Shown here piece after piece: positions 54,265 to 64,000 of a DNA stretch of 64,000 nt. The notes below the pieces were generated by a model. That model was given only the letters and a program-made list of their open reading frames with translations, made no database searches and was not told the DNA's origin. This stretch comes from Chrysomallon squamiferum (taxonomy: Eukaryota > Animalia > Mollusca). The stretch's first letter is position 1. Every line of letters begins with the position of its first letter. The DNA lies in assembly GCA_012295275.1 (NCBI GenBank), contig CM022672.1, positions 18,786,001 to 18,850,000 on the forward strand, written 5' to 3'. Position numbers and translations under genes: made by a program.

Positions 54265-54600
54265 TTGACAGTCCGACAAAACGGGAGAAGGAATCAACAT
54301 ATTCTGTTGCAGATTTCTGTCCTGACAAGAGGATGATTTGCTGTAGGCATATGTCAAAGTCAAGTTGCCAACCTTCCACCAAATCTTAGCTGTAAAACTG
54401 TAGCTTCGAGAAAGTCCTGTTCTCTCTTAATCATATTTATGAATTTAAAAACGTTGGGATGACTTCTGCCCTCGTCTTCAGTTCTGAACATCGTCTTTGT
54501 CCTGGCACCATTTGTTTCGAAACGGTTCCAGACTTTTCTGCCGCAAATCTTAAAACTTGTGAATCTTCTAGATTGGTTTGGATTCTGAGTAAATGTTCCC
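54265..54600 (-). mobile_element. MULE/Mutator-type transposase remnant (C-terminal part)
   Basis: Minus translation WNRFETNGART..GRSHPNVFKFINMIKREQ..LQLRFGG then EYVDSFSRFVGL. Matches the WN..RTNN..EGWH..HPNI..FI..L..EQ pattern of animal MULE transposases, with the NNxxEGWH part lost. Confidence 0.65.
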
Positions 54601-54862
54601 TTTAATGACTCTGACTATAGCGACTGGAGCATCCAGCCGTATCACTTAATCCCTTACTAATCCCTTACTAATCCCCAGAGACTGCGTGAAAACATTCACG
54701 TGCTAATCAGAGCAAGCTGTTGTGAAGGACGTCTAGCTAAGACAGTGATATCATTTTATTTTGTATATGACTCGACATTAGAATGGGTAAAGCAGTCGAA
54801 ATTCAGCGAGTTGAGAGACCGATCATGCGGTAACAAAATAAAAAATAATAAAAAATAAAAAA

Positions 54863-55100
54863 TAGCAAGATACCTTCAATATGCACCATGTGTTGTTGAC
54901 TCACATTCTACGTGCTTCCGTGTCGCATTATTAACTTTTTAATGATGACGTTACAATTTGTTTACGCAAACGAAAAATTGTTTTCGTTGTGTGCTGCTGC
55001 TGTTTTCTTTATAGGTATTTTTAACTTGATAAATCTTTATTTTTGATTTCGTCGTCTTGTGTTTTTTCGTAATTATTACTATTATTATTATCATCATCAT
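54863..55100 (+). repeat. Diverged ~260-bp dispersed duplication, copy 2
   Basis: Same orientation as 47560-47830, about 7.3 kb away. Confidence 0.85.
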
Positions 55101-57049
55101 CATCATCATCATCATCATTAGCATTATTATTGTTATCATCATCACCATCATTATTGCTATTATTGTTGTATGATTATTATTATTTGTGTTGTTGTTGTTC
55201 TTGTCGTTGTCAATAGCCATCATAATAATTATCACTATCATTATTTATTTTTATGCTATATTTATGCCTATATATTTTATTACGATCTCATAATATTAAG
55301 TGTGGCACACGTGCATAATACACTAACTATATAAACTTTTTTTTTTTTTTTTTCTTAACGTACGATATACGTGTATCATTAGCACAACCAGTATATATAT
55401 TACATCGCCCTTCTAACACGCGGTATTATTTGATACAAAAATAAAAATGTTAAACGTCACTCACCATTAATCTATTGCATATCCACGTTCTAAATAAACG
55501 CTGACAAGAAACAGACGCCATTGTTTTCTACCGAATAGCGTCTGCTGTTCGACTTTGCTTGACCTATTACAAATACACAGCTGTTTATACAGTTACACAT
55601 AATTCGTCGTTAGGCCTTGGTATATTCTTTGTGCACTTTTATCGTCAAAAGTTCTCATGACATAAATAATTTATGAAAAAAAAAAATGAGGCCTACGACT
55701 GAAATTTTCGCTCGTTGACAGTAAAACGCTTTCTAACATGGTGATAATGATAGATAATATAAAATAAAAAATCTGGTTGTTGATTACTAGCACGTTGGGT
55801 GGGGTTTTTTTTTTATGTACACTTATTCGCAGCTTCTTAAATGATAAAAAAATGATAATAAAAAATTAAATAAAAAAGTTTCAGGGTAATGACAGTAGAG
55901 GGAACTTCCTAGTTGTAATCGTGCTCGGAAATATAAATTTAATATGTCGATCTGTGTGTCGTAGAACGCGTGTCTATGCGAATGTGTGAATGTGTTTATA
56001 CGTAGGTGTGTCTCCATGTGCGTGGTTATGGTTTTATAGTTATCTGAAGCTGTTTCAAGACAGTTTGTAATTTATATAACTCTAACTAATCGAATTATGG
56101 AATTATTGTTCCACTGCTGCAAAAAAAAAAAAATAGAGTTTTGATATGGCAGACAGGTGCTATGATTGTATTGTTTTAACTAAATATTGAGTCCATTTGT
56201 ATGCAATTTGTTATCAGTTTGTATTTAAAATATAAAACTAAGTTCATACATTTTTCACAAGTTAGTCACTGATGAAAAACCTACTGTCCTAAAGAACACA
56301 TACAATGATGGTTACCCGCGGTTATTGAGCAACATTTTATTATTATTATTTCTTTTTTTTAAGGTTGTCGTGATGGCCAGACGGTAACGTCTTTCCCGCC
56401 TCCATTGTGGGAGGGGTTCGTGGGCGTCAAGGGTGTGTTGACAGTAAATTCATGTCTTTCTATTTTTTCTAGATTTTGCAGTTGGCCGCTGAGTCTCTCT
56501 GCCGTCATTATATTGAATTACATACACTGAATTACTTCTGGCTGAACTGTCCTGCTGACTGTTCGTTTTAAAAAGACAGTAAATTATTATGTCCTCTTTT
56601 ATATATGTATTGTTTCTTTCTTTTCTCTATCTTATTTACTGATTTTGTTTTTGTTTGTTTGGTTGTTTTTTAAACAAAAGACATAAAGACCGACATATCG
56701 TTGCAGATACAAATACGCAGACATGGATATACTAACAAATGTACACATATATATATATATATATATATACATGTAAAACGGATAATAATATTATGTGTTG
56801 TTCATTTGTTTAATAAAGTGTCACATGTATGACATATTACATTATTTACATAAAAACACGTTGTAAAATTATTACACTCGAGTACAACATTAATTGTAGA
56901 TTAAAATGAAAACAATTACCATACAAAAAAAAAATAATAATAATAATAAAAAATGATTAATATAAATAAAGTGGTCTTCTACAATAATAATACAAAATAT
57001 AATTTAAAAAATTAAATAACTAGATAATTAAAACTAAACATACCATTAA

Positions 57050-59300
57050 ATGAGAAGGCTCTTGCGCAACTGAAACACAGTCAATAAAATGCCTGGAATT
57101 AAATGTTGTGCTTTGTCATTCATTATTAAAAGTAATCGTTCATTTGCAGATACAGTTTGATAATATTCATAAGAAAAATTCATGTGTTCTTTCAAAAAAT
57201 ATCTAGTTAGGTTAAAATAGTCAAATGTGCAGTTCATTTTCAATATGATCCTTACAAAAAAGGACAAACAAGTTCTGTTAATGCAATAGTAGGCCTGTTA
57301 TATCTTCCTGGTTCAGTATTTAAAGGGAGTTTACGAGTTTTAAATTTGTATACAACATTTCTGTGTGGTAGGGTAATATTTACGTGAGGATATAAATCTG
57401 GACATTTATATATATTTTTTAAGTTGTCAATAAAATCCTTAATATGTTACCATTTAATGTATTTCTAATGTAACATTCCATAAAACGTTAAAGCAGTCTT
57501 GTTCATCATTTCTATTGAAAAATACCTTGACTTCAGTTTGATTTCAAAAGTACTCAAGCAGCTTTCCCTAACACCAGTTCTAAATTAATACCAGTTTTCT
57601 TAGTACCATTTGGAATGCTGCCTGACAAAAGTCTTTCATTTTCAGTTTTGGCCTAATTTTAATTCGACCCGTTGCTAAGTGCGCATGCCCGCCATCCCAT
57701 AGGACACTGAACGCGAGGCAACGACGAATGGACTAGCTTTGTTTTCAACTGTATTCACTACAGCAAGACCATGCAAGCCACATGCAGCGCATCACAGAGC
57801 AGTACTGGCTCAACGAAATAAAGTAATTTCGCTGCAAGTTATTCCAACTCCTGCGTTAAGAAACGTGGGATACAGACTAAAGAGGGAGCTGTTTGCGTAT
57901 TTTCCTGACACGCCTTTCTTGAATATTACGTACTCATCTAACCAGAAGCCAAGATATTTTGCGTGTTCATCGAACCATGAGCGAAGATAATTATGACCGT
58001 CAGTGCCTTTTAAAACATGGCCACCATTTTTAAAAACAACATCTGATCAACACGTCGGTAGGACATTGTTTGCATCAGTTGCAAACTACATCAAGCGGTC
58101 GCTGCATGTAGGTAACAGGACAACAACCTCTGAATACATCAACAGCGATTTACGTGTATCATCAAGTTCAGCTCCGCATTCCAGTCCTTTAATTTCATCA
58201 TCTCTAAATCATGCGAATAAAGTCGGTTAAATTTCACATCCTTGTTGCATTGCATTTGCGACATGAAAACGTGGTAAATCATGTCCAGTCACTCTAAAGA
58301 GACATCATACATTATCAAACAATGAGTATCTTGATGTAATTATACAAAATGCTGCTGACACCAGTTGTTGACAATTTCTATTTACCGAATAAAAAGCTTT
58401 CCTAAAATATGGACATGTTGTTTTTCCATGTGATCCATACAACTACGATAAACCCATTTTGTTCCTGAGTTAACTGATGAGATTCGTCATGCAATTTAGA
58501 CAACCTAATATTTTAAATATCTCAATACAGTTTACATGGAACTTACAATAAAATGATACATCTATATGTCGAGGGCTGGTGCTTAACTGTACCATTAGTT
58601 TTCATAACAGGACTGACCATGCATTTGTTCCAGGAACTTGGGACTGTACTGAATAACTTGAATAAAAAGACAGTGCAAACACTATTTTTTAAAACTTCAG
58701 CTGGAATACGGTCAACTCGAAAAGCTTCTAAAAGTTTTGCCTGAGTCACGGCATTCACTTTCTACTAACAGCTGAGTTTAATTCACGAACAAAAACTTCA
58801 TTCTTGGACTGAGCTTGCGTATTTAACCCAGCTTGTTTTGTGAATTGCCTATGGTCACTGTTAGTATTTCTACAAAAAAAAAAATGTATCACCACTGAAG
58901 ATAGATTTGAAATCCTCCATCCGTCTGTTTAAAACTGCGTCGATATCGCTCACTAAATCACCATCTCCGCAGATTACCTGCAATAGGATTTTAGACTCTT
59001 GATCGTTCGCAATGCCCAAAATTCTTTAGTTTGTTTTTCTCCCCACAAAATGTTTTGAGTTATTTTAAAATAAATCGTCCATTAACAGAGTTGGTTTATT
59101 TATTTGATGAAGTCGTTTATACTAACTATTTAAACGTTCACACTCTTTCCTTGCCGTACGGTAATTGTGTTTGAATCGCTTTTTAATACCTATCATTAAG
59201 CATTTAACCAAGTCGTATTCAGCTACACACACTTTATTCCATTTAGTGGATATCATTCCAATACGCTTTATTAGACAGCCTTGTTGGTTTTAGTGTTTGA
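57050..59300 (-). mobile_element. Decayed non-LTR retrotransposon (LINE) ORF2: reverse transcriptase and C-terminal Cys/His region
   Basis: Minus-strand peptides in RT order with stops and frameshifts: DRIPAEVLK..VPSSWNKCMVSPVMK..PSTYRCIILL (58543-58758); QEQNGF..SCMDH (~58430-58475); QQGCEI*PTLF (~58215-58250); LLMYSEVVVLL (degenerate YADD, ~58115-58150); KYLGFWLDE (~57930-57960); LPLNTEPGRY..VCPFFCKDHIENELH (~57225-57330). Confidence 0.85.
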
Positions 59301-60194
59301 CGTAAAGTGTACAACACACACATCAATAGATTACCACTACGTTCATTTATCACCACTTGAGTAAAATAAACAGGCATAGTTCCCTCAGTTCACCATCGAA
59401 GACATCACAGAAAACGTTATAATTACTACGTAACCCGTGTAGAAGTGGTATCAAGTGAGATTGTGTCTCAGACTTTGTCGTTCGTTGGTTTCAAGTTGCC
59501 GGCATACATTAGGTCTCATTATCATAACACTAAGATACATAAAAAATGTAAATAAATAAATTAATAAATAAAATAAAAATTAATTAAAAATTAAATAAAT
59601 AAGAAGAAAATCAAAACTTGCTTTATGCTAACTACATATATCTGTATAGTTGGGATGCACCAATAAGTTTTTTTCATAGAGCGAACTGTGGCAAAAGCAA
59701 GTCTCCACTATGATGTCCCAATTTTTTTCGTCAAATATGCACTTTATCACGTTCTTCTGACACACACATACACACACACACATGTTAAAGCTGAAGCCTT
59801 TTTGCCCAAGATTTTTATTGTGAAAAAAAAAAACATTATCTCTAAATATATAAACAGTAAAAAAAAAAAAAAAAAAAAGAAAGAAAAAATGGAAGAAATT
59901 AGTCACTTATATTTTCTGAAGCAAAAGAAATAATTTTTAGCACATGTTGAAAACGAAAATATTTTAAACCATTCATAACATTATAGCTGATAATAAAATG
60001 ACTCACATATATATATATATAGTTAATAATGTTTCAACACCTTCTCCAACAATTCAGCTTTACATTTTTGTGTTGTTCTTTTCATACGTATGTGTGTACG
60101 TTTGTGCGTGTGTGTCTGTTTGTGTAGATGTGTAATATATTTACTTAACTTATACACACAAGAACATATATTGCTCTCTCTCTCTTTCTCTCTC

Positions 60195-60650
60195 ACATAC
60201 ACATACACACACAATGTTTGTGCATATACATACGTATATATTATATACATACATACATACATACATACACACATACATACATACATAAATACATAAATAC
60301 ATACATACATACATACATAAATACATACATACATACATACATACATACATACATACATACATACATAAATACGTACATACATACATACATACACACATAC
60401 ATACATACATACATACATAAATACATAAATACATACATACATACATACATACATACATACATAAATACATACATACATACATACACACACACATACATAC
60501 ATACATACATACATACATACATACATAAATACATACATACATACATACATACATACATACATACATACATACATACATACATACATACATACATACATAC
60601 ATACATACATACATACATACATACATACATACATACATACATACATACAC
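60195..60650. repeat. (CATA)n microsatellite
   Basis: Direct inspection; source of the YVCM/HTYI ORFs. Confidence 0.95.
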
Positions 60651-63360
60651 ATGATGTAAACATAGAGACTCTGGAAGGGGGACAGCCAGACAGAGAGATC
60701 AATAGATTTTCGAGTGTGTATGATTGATTTGTTTGTTTTTAAAATGCACAATTATAACTACAAAAGCCGAAAGTCAACATAATACAGAACCAGCAGAAAA
60801 TCTGCACGAAACTGCAAAGTAAACAGACCTAAGATGATTTCAACAACAACAAAAAAAAAAAAAAAAAAAAAAAAAACATTTTATAGCTGCCATGTTTGTA
60901 ATATTTTAATATCTTAATATTTATAGGTGAATATTTCATTCGGGGGTATTGATAGTGCAACCTTTTTATAAGAATATCACTAAAAAGACAGCAGCTTTGA
61001 TTTAATGTTCTTATCACGCTATCTCTCTGTCTCTTTAAAGCAATGTCAAAGGACACTGCACAAATCTTTTCGGGATAAACAATTACGTCTTCTTTGTGAG
61101 CCGCGTGATGTCACACTTTTTTTTACCTTTTCACTGCATGAATATCTGAAGTGCAGTTAATACAAATTTAGTTTTCCCATAGTTAACGCTTTTTATTTAT
61201 TTTTTAATATTTTTATTTATTTTATTATTATTATTATTATTGTTGTTGTTGTTTTTGTTTTGGTTTTTTATTCATTTGTTTGTTTGGTTTGGTTGTTGTT
61301 GAGTTTTTTAAAATTTCTAATGCATTTAAAAATTCGTGAAAGATAAAATTTCTGACTAAGCCAAAGTCACGCTCTAAATATGGACCTGTTTTGTACCATA
61401 AAGTTTGAAAAGTGAGGATTATTGGGGGGTGTATGTGTCTTTGTCCTTGCTGATGTGCAAATGCTCCGCTAAAAGAAATCCCATACGAAAAATAATATAA
61501 GATAAAAATTAAATCTTCAAAAAAAAAAGAAAAAAGAAAGGTTCTGTTTTACTCTGATTCGTTATAATTTTAATATTATTTCCAGAACAACGAAATTACA
61601 TTTATAGGAATCAGAGACAGTAATTATTTTATTTCACTGAAGTATTTAATCTTCGATTTATGAAAACCCTGAACATAAAGCAAGCTTAGGCACGCAGGCC
61701 TGTAGACAGTATAAAAGAATACACAACAGCACAGTCATTTTCAGAGAGGAAACTTGAAAGTTAACCCTCTGTTAAAATATATAAATACTAGACTCAAATT
61801 GACAAAATACTCATACACAAATACATACAGACACCGGTATAATATTCAGTCTTTTCTTTTAATTTACATGACATTGCATACTAGTATAAAACTTTCATGA
61901 TAATTTCCATATATTAAATAATTTAACCTACGGTGGAGAGTATCACCACTCCCCTCAAGGTGGGTGTGTCATCACTCACCAAGTGACTCCTTGTCGCTAC
62001 AGTTTTTGTGTATTACACAGACACACACACTATGCAGCGCTTCGTCCCCCCACCCCCCACCCTCACACAGATACACATACTCGTCTGTTTCTCTAGTGTT
62101 TTATCATATATATATATATATGTATTAACTAGATAATGAAATATTTAACTTACAGAGGTTTTCTCTGAATCTAAGTAATCCCCCGGGAGAACACTGTTTT
62201 GCCCGAACTGCAAATGTGAGTTTGTTGATATTTAATGACGTAACTTAATTGTCGACGTCATTTATTTGTTGTTATTTAAGTTTGTTAGTTAATTGTCGAT
62301 GTCATTTATTTGTTGAAATGATGACGTCATATAAGAAATAAAATTATAATACCTTATAACTTATATATATATATATATATATATATACACGATCTAGAAA
62401 TATATAAAGACTGGCTGACTCAACCGTGGCGCTGTTGTGTTAATACTTTAGCTTTTTCAAAGTAAATTACAAACCTTAAAATCACTAAAACAAAAGCAAA
62501 ACTCTTTTCGTTCGTTTTCCAGATACGTCTTGTAGACAAGTGACTCCCTTGACAGGTCCCTCATTTATTTAAACGAATTTTCCCACGGATATCAGATTTT
62601 GAAAACTCAACAAAGAAAAAAAAACGATTTTTTGTTAAACTAGTGTCACAGAGGTGAACTTAGTATATTCTCAAATTCAATAAAAATTGTAATATTTCAA
62701 GCAATTACTATGATAGCGGCAAATTTAGTAAATTTCATTCAACTCAAACTCAAGAATCGTAACAGAACACTGAAGTATGAACGACATTAATCATACTTTA
62801 AACAAATAAGCTGCTAAGGAAAAATAAACTTTAACTCAAAAGGATGTCAGCATCATCAAACAAGCAGAACAAACCTAACAGAAAAGGCGATGCAAAATAT
62901 AATTTTCAATCCGATACACCAACAACGATAAGCATGATAATCATGCAAGAAGCTTGAAAAATGAATAAATAACGGGCAGTTAAAACCTACGACAATCACT
63001 TACGTAATCGATTTCGGTCGGATACAAGATAAGGGGCTACAGCTCAGTGCCTGACTTGCGGGCGTGGTCCCTGATGAGCTCGTTAATTTTCACACCCATT
63101 CAGAGCGAGACACATCTGATTAGCCCATAGTGTCCAATTTCATGGTGCGTTAGAAAAAGCTAATTATATATATATATATATATACGTATGTCGTGCAAGT
63201 GTCTTATTTGCGATAATGAACTGGGCATGGCCTGAACATCATTAGTTGACACTTAATTTATCTTGAAACATTTTGAAAGAAAAATTAATAACAATAACAG
63301 CGATCAAGTTTCCACCCCGCCAAGTTTGGTGATAAATTAAAACAAACCAACCAAAATGAA

Positions 63361-63393
<33 letters not shown>

Positions 63394-63398
63394 GTTAC

Positions 63399-63447
<49 letters not shown>

Positions 63448-63542
63448 TTTTTTTTTTTTTTTTTTTTTTATATATATACACTAAAAAATAAAATAATAAT
63501 AATAATTATAATAATAATAAACATGGAAAAAAGAATCGGTTC

Positions 63543-63573
<31 letters not shown>

Positions 63574-64000
63574 TTTTTGTTGTTGTTTTTTTTTTTTTTT
63601 TTTAACTCATAATTTTCTTCATAGTTGACCTTTTAAAAGAAAACAAAAAATACAAAAATAAATTGTTTTACAGGTGTACTGAATTTGTTTTCACGTAAAT
63701 GAATGACATGCTTTCTTTTAACAGTTAACATATACCAGTGTTTCCATTCTGAAATAATTATCACTGCACTTCAACAAAAAAAACATGTTTATTTTATTAC
63801 AAATCAAAAGGAACGCATTTCATTAAGGTTTCTTTGCTTTTACTGAACAAAATTTACACTGGTTTAATGTAAATAAACTAAATAAAGTGATTTCCTTCTA
63901 TTTTTTTTTTCTTATTTTTTTTTTTGACAAGGTGTTTGGTAGCTGTTAATTTTCCTTTAACTATCTTACTTCGTAGAGAAACTGTTATTCAGTTTCGTGC

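Overview
AT-rich, microsatellite-dense eukaryotic DNA, most likely an invertebrate. The tRNA-derived SINEs, MULE, hAT and pogo remnants and a decayed LINE suggest a mollusc, probably a gastropod (inference). Almost all ORFs in the track are translations of simple repeats. The one clear protein-coding locus is an intronless minus-strand gene at 35537-37575 encoding a membrane-integrated GT2 synthase homologous to bacterial OpgH/MdoH (osmoregulated periplasmic beta-1,2-glucan synthase). It is split into two ORFs by one missing base in a T5 run at 36546-36550; adding that base gives a 679-aa protein with intact DxD, SHD and RxxRW motifs. The gene has a Kozak-type start, is flanked by host repeats and has no bacterial neighbours, so it is a candidate horizontally acquired, domesticated glucan synthase in an animal. 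The rest is TE debris, satellites, local duplications and inversions, and a few unverified exon-like segments.
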